This document shows positions 1 to 12,057 of a stretch of DNA of 64,000 bases, one piece after another (the stretch's first letter is position 1; each line of letters begins with the position of its first letter). The DNA lies in NCBI GenBank assembly GCA_041639635.1, contig JBEQBV010000001.1, forward strand, positions 2,561 to 66,560, read 5' to 3'. A model generated the notes under the pieces. The model was not told the DNA's origin. It worked only from the letters and a program-made list of their open reading frames with translations, and ran no database searches. Source of the DNA: Novosphingobium sp. (lineage in GTDB: Bacteria > Pseudomonadota > Alphaproteobacteria > Sphingomonadales > Sphingomonadaceae). Both the position numbers and the translations under genes were made by a program.

Positions 1-580
1 TGGCCGAACGGGTATCGGGATCGAAGCGAAGAAGGATCAGCGCAGGTGCGCTCCGCCTTGCGCCGGAAACGTGCTGTCCGGGCCGCTGGCGCCAGCGGCG
101 CAGCCAGGCCATGGCAGGGCTTGTCATGGCTATTGCATCATATCCCGGACGGGCAATGACCGCAATCGGCATCTCGCGCGCAATCTGCCGCCAGTCCTTC
201 CAACGATGGAACTGCGCCAAATTGTCAGCCCCCATCAGCCACACGAAGCGACGTTTGGGATAGCGGCGCTTGATCGCACGCAGGGCATCGATGGTAAAGC
301 GCGTGCCCAACGCGCGCTCAATCGCGGTCGCACAGATCGGAGCGCGCCGTGCCACAGCCTGCGCCGAGCGAAGGCGTGCCTTCAGCGGGGCCATACCTTC
401 AACTGGTTTGAGCACATTGCCCGGTGAGACCAGCCACCAAACCTCATCCAGCTGCAGCGCATCCAGTGCAAACAGGCTCACCCGGCGATGGCCACCGTGG
501 GCGGGATTGAAGCTGCCGCCAAACAGGCCGGTCAGAGGGCCTTTCAGGGCCTTACCTGCCCGGATCCGCGCACCAGCCAC
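1..580 (-). CDS. nadD: nicotinate-nucleotide adenylyltransferase, 3' end runs off the window
   Basis: My reverse-strand translation reads ...[40 protein letters not shown]... (GxFxPxHxGH nucleotidyltransferase signature). The frame stays open to position 1. It lies directly downstream of proA as in proA-nadD operons. It is not in the ORF track because it is truncated. The start is uncertain (in-frame GTG at 580 overlapping the proA end). Confidence 0.8.
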   Translation of the reverse strand, partial: MAGARIRAGKALKGPLTGLFGGSFNPAHGGHRRVSLFALDALQLDEVWWLVSPGNVLKPVEGMAPLKARLRSAQAVARRAPICATAIERALGTRFTIDALRAIKRRYPKRRFVWLMGADNLAQFHRWKDWRQIAREMPIAVIARPGYDAIAMTSPAMAWLRRWRQRPGQHVSGARRSAPALILLRFDPDTRSA

Positions 581-1821
581 TTGTAAGTCGTCAACCCTTC
601 AAGCGCCACCGGCCCACGCGCGTGGAGCCGCCCGGTGGCAATGCCGATTTCCGCGCCAAGGCCAAATTCGCCGCCATCGGCGAATTGGCTGGAGGCGTTG
701 TGCATCACGATGGCGCTGTCCACTTCAGTCAGGAAGCGATCCGCCACTGCCTGATCTTCGGTCACCACAGCATCGGTATGGCCCGATGCGTGAGCGGCGA
801 CATGGGCCAGCGCCTCATCGATTCCGTCCACCACGGCAACCGAGAGGATCGCATCGAGGTATTCGGTATCCCAATCGTTGGCAGCCGCAGGCGCAATGCG
901 CGGATCGATGGCACGGGCGCGGGCATCGCCGCGCAATTCGCACCCGGCATCGAGCAGCGGCTCCACCAGCCCGTGCGGATCGGGATAAGTCGCGTCGATC
1001 AGCAAGGTTTCCATTGCCCCGCAAATGCCGGTGCGGCGCATCTTGGCGTTGAGCACAATCGCCTTGGCCATCGCCGGATCGGCAGCGGCATGAACATAAG
1101 TATGGTTGATGCCATCAAGGTGAGCCAGCACCGGCACGCGCGCATCGGCCTGAACGCGCGCAACCAGGCTCTTGCCCCCGCGCGGCACGATCATATCGAT
1201 AAGACCAGCGGCGGCCAGCATCGCGCCCACAGCGGCACGGTCTTGTGTGGGCAGCAATTGCACCGCTTCGGCAGGCACGCCGCCTTCAACCAACCCCGCC
1301 ACCAGCGCCTTGTGAATCGCGCGGTTTGAATGGACCGCTTCAGACCCGCCGCGCAGGATCGCGGCGTTGCCGGAACGCACGCATAGGGCAGCGGCATCTG
1401 CCGTCACGTTGGGGCGGCTTTCATAGATGATGCCGATGACGCCCACCGGAATGCGCAGGCGCTGCAGCACCATGCCATTGGGCCGCGCAGCTTCCGAAAT
1501 GACCTCGCCCACCGGATCAGCCAGCGAGGCAACCTGTTCCACGGCATCGGCCACGCCCGCAAGCCGTTCGGGCGTCAGCTTCAAGCGATCAAGCATCGCG
1601 CCGGTCAGCCCGTTTGCGGCGCCATTGGCCATATCCTGCGCATTGGCGGCCAGAATCTCGGCCTCAGCCCTCCGCAAGGATGCGCCGGCGAGTTTGAGCG
1701 CGCGCTCTTTTGCCGGGGCGCCCATCCGCGCCAGCACGCGCTGGGCCGCGCGGGCGGCTCGGGCAAGCCCTTCAACCAATTCGGTCACGGATTCGGCGGG
1801 GGTGGCAGGCTGTGTGGACAT
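544..1821 (-). CDS. proA: gamma-glutamyl phosphate reductase
   Basis: 425-aa ORF with full-length aldehyde-dehydrogenase-fold ProA-like sequence (…[33 protein letters not shown]…). Confidence 0.95.
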   Translation of the reverse strand: MSTQPATPAESVTELVEGLARAARAAQRVLARMGAPAKERALKLAGASLRRAEAEILAANAQDMANGAANGLTGAMLDRLKLTPERLAGVADAVEQVASLADPVGEVISEAARPNGMVLQRLRIPVGVIGIIYESRPNVTADAAALCVRSGNAAILRGGSEAVHSNRAIHKALVAGLVEGGVPAEAVQLLPTQDRAAVGAMLAAAGLIDMIVPRGGKSLVARVQADARVPVLAHLDGINHTYVHAAADPAMAKAIVLNAKMRRTGICGAMETLLIDATYPDPHGLVEPLLDAGCELRGDARARAIDPRIAPAAANDWDTEYLDAILSVAVVDGIDEALAHVAAHASGHTDAVVTEDQAVADRFLTEVDSAIVMHNASSQFADGGEFGLGAEIGIATGRLHARGPVALEGLTTYKWLVRGSGQVRP

Positions 1822-2047
1822 GGGCGCGCTCTAACATCTGGTTTCGGGGATGTCATCCATGGGCACGACTCGCCATGGGTCCCAAGTTGTCATCCGTGTC
1901 TCTGATCACACCCTAACAATCGATTCATCGGGGGAGTCACACGCCTCGGCGCGGATGGCAGGATTCCGATTCGCCAGCCCTGAGCCGTAACGCTACCGCC
2001 CGGCGCGACGGGAAAACAAATCAGAAGACGACGGGGGTCGCCAGACT

Positions 2048-3241
2048 GTGCCAACTTTAAAGCCAGTCCGCTTGCGGATACGCGATGCCGTGCTCACGGC
2101 CGTCGCTCAGGCGCGCGCGTGGTTTCCCGAGCGTGAGTTCTTCATGCGCTCGCAGGGCCAGGTCCGCTTTATCAAGGTGTCCTCGCGCCTGCAGATGGGC
2201 GTCGCTGGCGGCATCGCCGCGGCTGTTTTAATCTGGCTCGGCGCAATGGGCGTGGCCCTGATCTCGCAATTCACTGCCGCGCGCGATCACGCGGCTCTGC
2301 TGGAACGCGAAGCCGCTATCGCCAGCGCAGAAAGCCGCGTGGCCAAGTATCGCGGCGGGCTGGAAGGCGTGGCCGATGATCTCAGCCGCCGTCAGGACTT
2401 TATCGAAAAGGCCATCGAAGGCACGATTGGCGCGCTGCCTAAGGATCTGCCGAAAGGCACGGTGTCCGACAGCAGCGCCGAAGCGGCCAAGACCGTGCGC
2501 AAGATTTCGATGGAATTGCCCGAGGCCAAGCGTTTGGCCGAAGTGGAAGCGCGCCAACTGGCCTTCATTGAACGCCTCACCCGCTTTGCCGATGCCCGCG
2601 CCACGCAGGCCGAAACGGCGATTCGGCGCGTAGGGCTCAACCCTGCGTTGCTGCGCGCATCAGCGCGTGAGGCGCAGGGTGGCCCGCTGATTCGTCTGTT
2701 CACGGGCGCTGACAGTTCCACCGACCCGCGCTTTGCCCGGCTTGGTGCCAGCCTTGAACGCATGGCCGCGCTGGAAAAGGGCTTGGCCCGCATCCCCAAC
2801 ACGCTGCCCGCCAGCCTTGAATACATCTCCAGCGGCTTTGGCTATCGCTCTGATCCGTTCACCGGAGGTCCTGCCTTTCACGCAGGCCTTGATTTTCGCG
2901 GACCGATGGGCGCGCCAATCTATGCAGCGGCGGCAGGGACAGTCAGCTTTGTAGGCGTCAAGCAGGGCTATGGCCGCGTGGTGGAAATCAGCCACGGCAA
3001 CGGACTGTTGACCCGCTATGCCCACATGTCGCGCACCGGGGCGCAAGTGGGACAGAAGGTTGATGCCGGCGCCGCCATCGGCCAGATCGGCAGCAGTGGC
3101 CGCTCCACCGGCCCCCATCTCCATTTTGAAGTGCGGATCAATGACCGCCCGGTCAATCCGCGCCCCTTCCTTGAGGCAAACAGACATGTTCAGGAAATCC
3201 GCGCCGGAAACGTCGCGCAGCACGATGACCACGGGGAGTAA
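2048..3241 (+). CDS. membrane-anchored M23 family metallopeptidase (peptidoglycan DD-endopeptidase type)
   Basis: It has an N-terminal TM segment and a coiled-coil region. The C-terminal M23 motifs are HAGLDFRGPMGAPIYAAAAG…GPHLHFEVRINDRPVNP. The start (GTG 2048) is uncertain. Confidence 0.85.
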   Translation: MPTLKPVRLRIRDAVLTAVAQARAWFPEREFFMRSQGQVRFIKVSSRLQMGVAGGIAAAVLIWLGAMGVALISQFTAARDHAALLEREAAIASAESRVAKYRGGLEGVADDLSRRQDFIEKAIEGTIGALPKDLPKGTVSDSSAEAAKTVRKISMELPEAKRLAEVEARQLAFIERLTRFADARATQAETAIRRVGLNPALLRASAREAQGGPLIRLFTGADSSTDPRFARLGASLERMAALEKGLARIPNTLPASLEYISSGFGYRSDPFTGGPAFHAGLDFRGPMGAPIYAAAAGTVSFVGVKQGYGRVVEISHGNGLLTRYAHMSRTGAQVGQKVDAGAAIGQIGSSGRSTGPHLHFEVRINDRPVNPRPFLEANRHVQEIRAGNVAQHDDHGE

Positions 3242-3599
3242 CGGCGGCATGGCGGCGACATTTTCGATTCTCGGCGCTGATGTCAGCATAAAAGGCGATC
3301 TTTCCGCCACGGCAGACCTGCACATCGATGGCACGGTGGAAGGTGACATTACGTGCGCTGCGCTGGTGCAGGGCGAAAAGAGCACGGTAACCGGCGCGAT
3401 CACGGCGCAAAGCGCACGGCTTTCGGGCACGGTCAAAGGCTCTATCGAAGCGGGTGAGTTGGTGATTCTAAAGACTGCGCGCATCCATGGCGATGTAACC
3501 TATGATGCCCTGACCATCGAACAGGGCGCGCAAGTGGATGGCAAGTTTGCGCACCGGCTGCAGTTGAACGACGAAGCGCCGCTCGCGCTGGTGCGCTAG
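3186..3599 (+). CDS. bactofilin family cytoskeletal protein
   Basis: Beta-helical bactofilin repeat pattern (ILGADVSIKGDLSATADLHIDGTVEGDITCAALVQGEKSTVTGAITAQSARLSGTVKGSIEAGELVILKTARIHGDVTYDALTIEQGAQVDG). ATG 3186 gives the N-terminus MFRKSAPE, which resembles the bactofilin N-terminal membrane-targeting peptide, with GAGG 9 nt upstream. ATG 3249 is an alternative start. Confidence 0.85.
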   Translation: MFRKSAPETSRSTMTTGSNGGMAATFSILGADVSIKGDLSATADLHIDGTVEGDITCAALVQGEKSTVTGAITAQSARLSGTVKGSIEAGELVILKTARIHGDVTYDALTIEQGAQVDGKFAHRLQLNDEAPLALVR

Positions 3600-3667
3600 G
3601 ATCAGGACTGCCGTCCTCAAACAAAACCTTGCCGTTTTCGCAATCCGGGCTTACATCGGCGAGGTTC

Positions 3668-3697
3668 AAGGCCGCTCCGCAAGGGGCGGCCCTTATT
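3668..3697 (+). terminator. putative intrinsic terminator after the bactofilin gene
   Basis: GGCCGC…GCGGCC hairpin followed by a weak T-rich tail (cttattgta). Confidence 0.45.
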
Positions 3698-3756
3698 GTA
3701 TCCGCTTTTCAGGTCAGGTTCGCGATTTGCTGGACCGGCCCTTCGGGAGACTGTCC

Positions 3757-4461
3757 GTGAGCAACCAGCCCACGTATCCGCTGATGCCACATGCGACCGC
3801 ATCGTGGCTTGTCGACAACACCGCGCTGACGTTTGAGCAGATTTCGGAATTCTGCGGGCTGCACATCCTTGAAGTGCAGGCCATGGCCGATGATCTGGCA
3901 GGCCAGAAGTACACCGGGCGCGATCCGCTGCATTCGGGCGAACTGAATCAGGCCGAGATCGACAAGGGCCAGGCCAATCCGGAATACAAGCTGAAGATGC
4001 AGCGCGCGCCGATCTCGGTCAGCCGCACCAAAGGCCCGCGCTATACCCCGGTGTCCAAGCGTCAGGACAAGCCCGATGGCATCGCATGGATTCTGCGCAA
4101 CCATCCCGAAGTGTCGGACGCGCAGATTGGCAAGCTGATCGGCACGACCCGCACCACGATTGCCGCGATTCGTGATCGCAGCCACTGGAACATCGCCAAC
4201 ATCAATCCGAAGGACCCGGTCACGCTGGGCCTGTGTTCGCAGCGTGAACTCGATTCGCTGGTGGCCAAGGCCGCGAAGAAAGCCGGCATCGAAGACGATG
4301 GTTCGGCTGCTGTCCGCCTCGGCACCGATCGCGATGCGCTGATCGAGGAACTGCGTGCAGAGCGTCAGGCCTCGGTCAAGGCTGCATCGGAAGCGGCTCA
4401 AGAAGCCGAAGCCGCCGCGTGGCTCGCCGCCCGCCGCGCCGAGGGCATTTCGGACAGCTGA
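3757..4461 (+). CDS. DUF1013-family protein (TrcR-like alphaproteobacterial regulator family)
   Basis: …PLMPHATASWLVDNTALTFEQISEFCGLHILEVQAMADD… is typical of DUF1013. GTG 3757 has GGGAGA 9 nt upstream. TTG 3727 and ATG 3784 are alternative starts. Confidence 0.75.
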   Translation: MSNQPTYPLMPHATASWLVDNTALTFEQISEFCGLHILEVQAMADDLAGQKYTGRDPLHSGELNQAEIDKGQANPEYKLKMQRAPISVSRTKGPRYTPVSKRQDKPDGIAWILRNHPEVSDAQIGKLIGTTRTTIAAIRDRSHWNIANINPKDPVTLGLCSQRELDSLVAKAAKKAGIEDDGSAAVRLGTDRDALIEELRAERQASVKAASEAAQEAEAAAWLAARRAEGISDS

Positions 4462-4485
4462 GGTTGGGCGACAACCTGAATTGAA

Positions 4486-4520
4486 AGGGCCGCCCTTGCG
4501 AAGGGGCGGCCTTTTTCTTT
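4486..4520 (+). terminator. intrinsic terminator
   Basis: 8-bp GC stem (ggccgccc/gggcggcc), 8-nt loop, then TTTTT. Confidence 0.75.
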
Positions 4521-4531
4521 CGCCCAAACCC

Positions 4532-4601
4532 CCGCTCGTCCTGAGCTTGTCGAAGGACGCTGGCTCTGCGCAAGATGCTTCGACAAGCTCAGCATGAGCG
4601 G
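4532..4601. repeat. 70-bp palindromic REP-like element, family 1
   Basis: The arms are ccgctcgtcctgagcttgtcgaag and cttcgacaagctcagcatgagcgg (an imperfect inverted repeat). A second copy lies at 9624-9693. Confidence 0.7.
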
Positions 4602-4614
4602 AGGTTGGGAGCAG

Positions 4615-5616
4615 TTACCCCACCGCCAACACGATCTTCCCGATATGCGCGCCCTGCTCCATCCGCGCATGCGCAGCCGCCGCTTCGGCCAACGCAAACG
4701 TCTGGTCCATGATCGGGCGCAATTCTCCGGTGGCTACCAGTGGCCATACCGTTTCGCGAATCTCTGCGGCCAGTGCAGCCTTGAATGCCTTGGACCGCGG
4801 GCGCAGAGTCGATCCCGTAAGCGTAAGGCGGCGGCGCATGACTTCGGCCATGTTGATCTCGGCCTTCAGCCCGCCCTGCACGGCAATGGTTACGTGGCGT
4901 CCGTCATCGGCAAGGCACTTCAGATTGCGCGCCACATAATCGCCCGCGACCATGTCGAGCACCATATCCACGCCCCGGCCCCCGGTAATCCGCGCGACTT
5001 CGTCAACGAAATCGGTTGCCTTGTAATCAATCGCATGGGCCGCGCCGATTTCCAGCGCCTGCGCGCATTTGTCAGGCCCGCCGCAGGTGACGATCACGGT
5101 CACGCCAAACAGCTTGCCCAGCAGCACCGCCATCGATCCGATGCCGCTGGTGCCACCGTGGACCAAGATCGTCTCGCCAGGCGCGGTCATCCCGCGTTCA
5201 AACACGTTGTGCCACACGGTAAACAGCGTTTCGGGGATTGCCGCCGCCTCGGCCATGGAAAGCCCGGTCGGCACCTGAAGGCACTGCGCGGCCTCGGCAA
5301 TGCAATATTGCGCATAGCCTCCGCCTGCCACCAATGCGCAAACCATGGAGCCGGTGAACGGCCAGGTCACGCCTTCACCCATCGCCACCACCTGCCCCGA
5401 AACCTCCAGCCCCGGCAGAGGCGAGGCATCGGCGGGCGGTGGGTAGAAGCCCTGCCGCTGGATCACATCGGGCCGGTTCACACCGGCAAAAGCCACCTTG
5501 ATCAGGACCTGCCCCGGTCCCGGCTGCGGAACGGCCACTGATTCAGATCGCAACACATCAGGTCCGCCCGGCGCATCCCATCCGATTGCCGTCATCATTG
5601 CCGGAATGGCGGTCAT
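4615..5616 (-). CDS. NAD(P)H:quinone oxidoreductase, zeta-crystallin/PIG3 MDR family
   Basis: …GGPDVLRSESVAVPQPGPGQVLIKVAFAGVNRPDVIQRQGFYPPP… and …VHGGTSGIGS… The start is ambiguous among TTG 5619 and ATG 5616/5598/5595. Confidence 0.85.
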   Translation of the reverse strand: MTAIPAMMTAIGWDAPGGPDVLRSESVAVPQPGPGQVLIKVAFAGVNRPDVIQRQGFYPPPADASPLPGLEVSGQVVAMGEGVTWPFTGSMVCALVAGGGYAQYCIAEAAQCLQVPTGLSMAEAAAIPETLFTVWHNVFERGMTAPGETILVHGGTSGIGSMAVLLGKLFGVTVIVTCGGPDKCAQALEIGAAHAIDYKATDFVDEVARITGGRGVDMVLDMVAGDYVARNLKCLADDGRHVTIAVQGGLKAEINMAEVMRRRLTLTGSTLRPRSKAFKAALAAEIRETVWPLVATGELRPIMDQTFALAEAAAAHARMEQGAHIGKIVLAVG

Positions 5617-5713
5617 CAAGCAGCCCCTGTCGCGTTCTCAAAACCAAGAAAGCCTTGGGTTAGCCACGCAGGGCGTTGACAGCAAGGCATTGCAGCGCAC
5701 AATATCGCACGAA

Positions 5714-5932
5714 ATGGACATGGACGAGCGCCCTCGCCCGAAAGGGGATTTGGCCAGCCAGCTGGCTTCGGAGCTGCTTGACCCCTATTCGCATGATGAA
5801 TTGAACACGCGAATCAAGCTGCTTGAGCAGGAAATCGCGCGCACCGTTGCTCATCGTGACAGGGCCAGTGCTCACCGTGCGGCGGCCGAAGCCCTGTTCG
5901 GCAAGCCACCCCCTTCGGGTAACGCCGGATGA
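5714..5932 (+). CDS. DUF1192 domain-containing small coiled-coil protein
   Basis: MDMDERPRPKGDLASQLASELLDPYSHDELNTRIKLLEQEIARTVAHRDRASAHRAAAEALF matches the DUF1192 pattern. The upstream part of ORF 5498.. overlaps the qor gene antisense and is discarded. Confidence 0.65.
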   Translation: MDMDERPRPKGDLASQLASELLDPYSHDELNTRIKLLEQEIARTVAHRDRASAHRAAAEALFGKPPPSGNAG

Positions 5933-6100
5933 ATTTGGCCGCCCTTCCTTTTGCGCAAGGGCGTTCCCATATCGCACTTTATGCCGATGCCTTAGGGGCA
6001 TCTGGTTTCACACTCACACGTGGTTTAGCCTCGGTTAATAACGCGTGTGCACTCTTCCTATCAGGGAACCCATCGGCGCCAGCCAGAAAGTAGCCGCATC

Positions 6101-8464
<2,364 letters not shown>

Positions 8465-8489
8465 GCTTCTGCTCATTGCCACAGAACAA

Positions 8490-8520
8490 GGCCTGCCCTT
8501 TCGAGGGTGGGCCTTTTTCT
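8490..8520 (+). terminator. intrinsic terminator after clpA
   Basis: 10-bp stem with two G-U pairs (ggcctgccct/agggtgggcc) followed by TTTTT. Confidence 0.65.
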
Positions 8521-8592
8521 TGGGTGAAAGTTGCGCGGCGCAACTTCACGGCACGAAGGGCACTGGAACCCAAAGGCCGAACCATCCATTTC

Positions 8593-9606
8593 ATGACGAT
8601 GGCACCGCCCTTTTCCTGGCTGAAACCCGACCCCTTTGGCCTCCATGTCGTCCCCGCCGATGCGTGGATCGATCCGGCGCGGGCGGTGGATACGGCGCTC
8701 GTCACCCACGGCCACGCCGATCACGCGCGCGGTGGCCACGGCCTGACCATTGCCACGCCCGAAACGCTGGCGATCATGGCGCTGCGCTATGGCGTACTCG
8801 AAACTAGCTCTACGCCAGTGGCCTATGGTGAAACCGTAACGCTCAAAGGCGGCGTCAAGGCGACGTACGTCCCCGCAGGCCATGTCCTTGGCTCGGCCCA
8901 GATCCTGCTCGAACACGCAGGCGAGCGGGTGATCGTGACCGGCGACTACAAGCGCCGCGCCGATCCCACCTGCCCGCCATTTCAAGTCACTCCTTGCGAC
9001 GTGTTCGTGACCGAGGCGACTTTTGGCCTCCCCGTCTTCCGCCATCCGCCGATTGCCGATGAAATGGCCAAGCTCCTCGCCGCGCGCGAGAATGGGCAGG
9101 GCCGCTGCGTCCTGGTCGGCGCATACGCCTTGGGCAAGGCCCAGCGCGTCATCGCGGAACTGCGCGCTGCCGGATTTCGCGAAACCATCTGGCTCCACGG
9201 CGCGATGGAGCGGATGTGCCGCCTCTACGAAGACCACGGCGTCGATCTGGGCGATTTGCAACCCGTGGCAGGCGTACCCAAGGCGGCGCTGGCCAATGCG
9301 ATCATCATCTGCCCGCCTTCTGCGCTCAACGACCGCTGGAGCCGCCGCCTGCCCGAGCCGGTCACCGCCATGGCGTCAGGCTGGATGCGCGTGCGCCAGC
9401 GCGCCCGCCAGCGCGGGGTGGAACTGCCACTGATCATCTCAGACCATGCTGACTGGGACGAGCTGACCCAGACCATCACCCAAGTGAACCCCGCCGAAAC
9501 ATGGGTCACCCATGGCCGCGAGGAAGCCCTGCTGCGCTGGTGCGAACTCACCCAGCGCAAGGCCCGCGCGCTGGCGCTGGTAGGGTATGAGGACGAGGAT
9601 GATTGA
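8593..9606 (+). CDS. ligase-associated DNA damage response exonuclease (MBL/beta-CASP fold)
   Basis: It carries the HGHADHARGGH metallo-beta-lactamase motif. It lies immediately upstream of an ATP-dependent DNA ligase, the conserved pairing for this family. Confidence 0.8.
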   Translation: MTMAPPFSWLKPDPFGLHVVPADAWIDPARAVDTALVTHGHADHARGGHGLTIATPETLAIMALRYGVLETSSTPVAYGETVTLKGGVKATYVPAGHVLGSAQILLEHAGERVIVTGDYKRRADPTCPPFQVTPCDVFVTEATFGLPVFRHPPIADEMAKLLAARENGQGRCVLVGAYALGKAQRVIAELRAAGFRETIWLHGAMERMCRLYEDHGVDLGDLQPVAGVPKAALANAIIICPPSALNDRWSRRLPEPVTAMASGWMRVRQRARQRGVELPLIISDHADWDELTQTITQVNPAETWVTHGREEALLRWCELTQRKARALALVGYEDEDD

Positions 9607-9623
9607 TGCGTAGCGCTGGGGGC

Positions 9624-9693
9624 CTTCGACAAGCTCAGGCCGAGCGGATCCTATTGCTATCTCAGAAAACCGCTCATGCTGAGCTTGTCGAAG
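9624..9693. repeat. 70-bp palindromic REP-like element, family 1 (second copy)
   Basis: The arms are cttcgacaagctcaggccgagcgg … ccgctcatgctgagcttgtcgaag. They are the same 24-nt arms as at 4532-4601 but in the opposite relative order. Confidence 0.7.
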
Positions 9694-9718
9694 CATGTTT
9701 GCGCAATGGCACCAACCA

Positions 9719-11314
9719 ATGAACCGTTTCGCCGCCCTGCTCGACGCGCTCGTCCTCACGCCTTCGCGCAATGCCAAGCTGGCACTGCTGGCCGATTACC
9801 TGCGCGAAACGCCCGACCCCGACCGGGGCTGGGCACTCGCCGCGCTCACTGACGGGCTGGACTTCCCCGCCGTAAAAGCCAGCCTGATCCGCAGCCTGAT
9901 GGCGGAGCGGGTCGATCCGGTGCTGTGGACCTTGAGCCGCGAATACGTGGGCGATACGGCGGAAACCGCCAGCCTGCTCTGGCCCGAACCGCTAGGTCAG
10001 CGCCTTCCCGCCCCAACCGTCGCCGAAGTCGTCGCCACGCTCCACGCCACCACCCGCACCACCGCACCCGCCATTCTGACCGACTTGCTTGATCGCCTTG
10101 ACGTCAACGGTCGCTATGCATTGCTGAAGCTTGCAACCGGGGCGATGCGCATCGGCATCTCCGCGCGCCTCGCCAAAGTCGCCTTTGCGCAAGCCTTCAC
10201 CGTCAGCGTTGAGGATGTGGAGGAATACTGGCACGGCCAGTCCCCCCCCTACACCCCGCTGTTCGATTGGGCGGCGAACGGCGCACCGCCGCCCCGCACC
10301 GATCTGCTGCCGCTGTTCCGCCCCTTCATGCTCGCGCACCCGCTCGAAGCTGAAACATTGGACCTGTCCGAATACGCTGCCGAGTGGAAATGGGACGGCA
10401 TCCGCGTGCAGATCGTCCATGTAGCAGGCGAAACCCGCGTCTATTCCCGCAGCGGTGACGATATCTCCGCCACGTTCCCCGAAGTGACCACCGCGCTCAC
10501 CACTCCCTGCGTGCTCGATGGCGAACTGCTGGTGCGCGGCGCACATCAGGGTGGCGAAACCGGCGGCGCGGCCAGCTTCAACGCGCTGCAGCAGCGCTTG
10601 GGCCGCAAGACCGTGTCCAAGGCGATGCTGGCCGAATCCCCCGCCTTCGTGCGCCTTTACGATCTGCTGATCGAGGACAAGGAAGACCTGCGCGAATGGG
10701 CGTGGGAGCAGCGCCGCGCCCGATTGGAAGCACTCGTGCCGCGTCTTGACGCCACCCGTTTCGACATTTCGCAGGTCATCCCGGCCAAGAACTTCGACGA
10801 TCTGGCCGAAATTCGCAGCCGCGCACGCGATGAGGCCATAGAAGGCGTCATGCTCAAACGCCGCGATTCCCCCTATGTCGCGGGACGCCGCACCGGCTTG
10901 TGGTACAAGTGGAAACGCGATCCGCTCCTGATCGATTGCGTGCTGATGTATGCGCAGCGCGGGTCAGGCAAACGCTCGTCGTTCTATTCCGATTTCACCT
11001 TCGGCTGCTGGAACGGCGATCCCGATGCGGGGGCAGAACTGCTGCCTGTCGGCAAAGCCTATTTCGGCTTCACCGACGAGGAGCTGAAGTTCCTCGACCG
11101 CCACGTTCGCCAGCACACAGTCGGCAAATTCGGCCCGGTGCGCGAAACCGACAAGTCGCTGGTCTTCGAAGTCGCATTTGATTCGGTCCACACCAGCAAG
11201 CGCCACAAATCCGGCGTCGCGATGCGCTTCCCCCGCATCAGCCGCATCCGCACCGACAAGCCCGCGCACGAGGCGGACCGGCTCGATACGCTGAAGGCGC
11301 TGATTGCCGATTGA
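9719..11314 (+). CDS. ATP-dependent DNA ligase (ligase-associated damage response type)
   Basis: Adenylation motif I EWKWDGIRVQ, plus an OB-fold C-terminal region. The start is taken at MNRFAALLDAL; ATG 9695 abuts the right-hand end of the REP element. Confidence 0.9.
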   Translation: MNRFAALLDALVLTPSRNAKLALLADYLRETPDPDRGWALAALTDGLDFPAVKASLIRSLMAERVDPVLWTLSREYVGDTAETASLLWPEPLGQRLPAPTVAEVVATLHATTRTTAPAILTDLLDRLDVNGRYALLKLATGAMRIGISARLAKVAFAQAFTVSVEDVEEYWHGQSPPYTPLFDWAANGAPPPRTDLLPLFRPFMLAHPLEAETLDLSEYAAEWKWDGIRVQIVHVAGETRVYSRSGDDISATFPEVTTALTTPCVLDGELLVRGAHQGGETGGAASFNALQQRLGRKTVSKAMLAESPAFVRLYDLLIEDKEDLREWAWEQRRARLEALVPRLDATRFDISQVIPAKNFDDLAEIRSRARDEAIEGVMLKRRDSPYVAGRRTGLWYKWKRDPLLIDCVLMYAQRGSGKRSSFYSDFTFGCWNGDPDAGAELLPVGKAYFGFTDEELKFLDRHVRQHTVGKFGPVRETDKSLVFEVAFDSVHTSKRHKSGVAMRFPRISRIRTDKPAHEADRLDTLKALIAD

Positions 11315-11371
11315 TTTGGGAACGTCAGCGGGGTTACCTCCGTTATGGAGTGAATAACGGGGAGAGAGACG

Positions 11372-11560
11372 ATGTCCGGCATTCTACTTGCCGTGCCTGC
11401 GATCGCACTGGGCAAACTCGCTTGGGTTTCCTTGCGCACCGGCAGCGAATGGGCGCGCTATCGCCAATGGGATGCCGTGGCCACCAATCTCGCGCTTGGG
11501 GCAATGTTCGGCGGCATGGCAGCGAGCCTCGTGGCCAAGGCCTTGCCCACTGGCGATTGA
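11372..11560 (+). CDS. hypothetical small membrane protein (62 aa)
   Basis: ATG is preceded by GGGGAGAGAG. Two hydrophobic segments are present. I recognise no family. Confidence 0.35.
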   Translation: MSGILLAVPAIALGKLAWVSLRTGSEWARYRQWDAVATNLALGAMFGGMAASLVAKALPTGD

Positions 11561-11630
11561 TGCTGGTCAATGTTGCCGAGAAGATGGCGAGGCATGACGG
11601 ACGCTCCCTGATTATGCCCGGAGCAGCAGC

Positions 11631-12035
11631 TTGGCCACCAAACCTCACGATCAACCGGACCGCAGCCCTTACGACCGCATCGGTGGCAGTGATGTACTGC
11701 AGCGGATCAGCGATCGATTCTATGACCTGATGGACACGGACCCGGCCTACCGCGCGCTCAGGGCCATGCACGCTGCAGACCTTGCGCCCATGCGTCAATC
11801 GCTGCCCGGATTCCTCTCTGGCTGGAGCGGCGGCCCGCGCCAGTGGTTTGAGGCGAACCCTGGCAGGTGCATGATGTCAATGCACAAACCCTTTCCGATC
11901 ACGCGCAAGACCGCGCAGCAATGGGCCGATTGCATGACCCGCGCGATTGCCGATGCAGACTTGCAGGACCGCGAGATTGCCGGTGCTCTGACAGACATGC
12001 TGACGCGCATGGCCTTGGGAATGGCGCGAGACTGA
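11631..12035 (+). CDS. group II truncated hemoglobin
   Basis: …PYDRIGGSDVLQRISDRFYDLMDTDPAYRALRAMH… is 2-on-2 globin-like. TTG start with GGAG 8 nt upstream. Confidence 0.75.
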   Translation: MATKPHDQPDRSPYDRIGGSDVLQRISDRFYDLMDTDPAYRALRAMHAADLAPMRQSLPGFLSGWSGGPRQWFEANPGRCMMSMHKPFPITRKTAQQWADCMTRAIADADLQDREIAGALTDMLTRMALGMARD

Positions 12036-12057
12036 CATTGGCCCTATTCTGCGGCGC

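Noticed and set aside
270-1052. Plus-strand ORFs 71..427 and 270..1052 at the left edge
   Set aside because: They lie antisense to nadD (clear [11 protein letters not shown] motif on the minus strand) and proA.
4398-4697. ORFs reading through the REP element (peptides such as LSLSKH, PELVEGP)
   Set aside because: These are generated by translation of a palindromic repeat and overlap the qor gene end. The equivalent artefact is seen at 9439..9777.
5933-6100. Expected clpS gene upstream of clpA
   Set aside because: There is no ORF of suitable size or sequence in the 168-bp spacer. clpS is presumably encoded elsewhere, and I did not treat its absence as significant.
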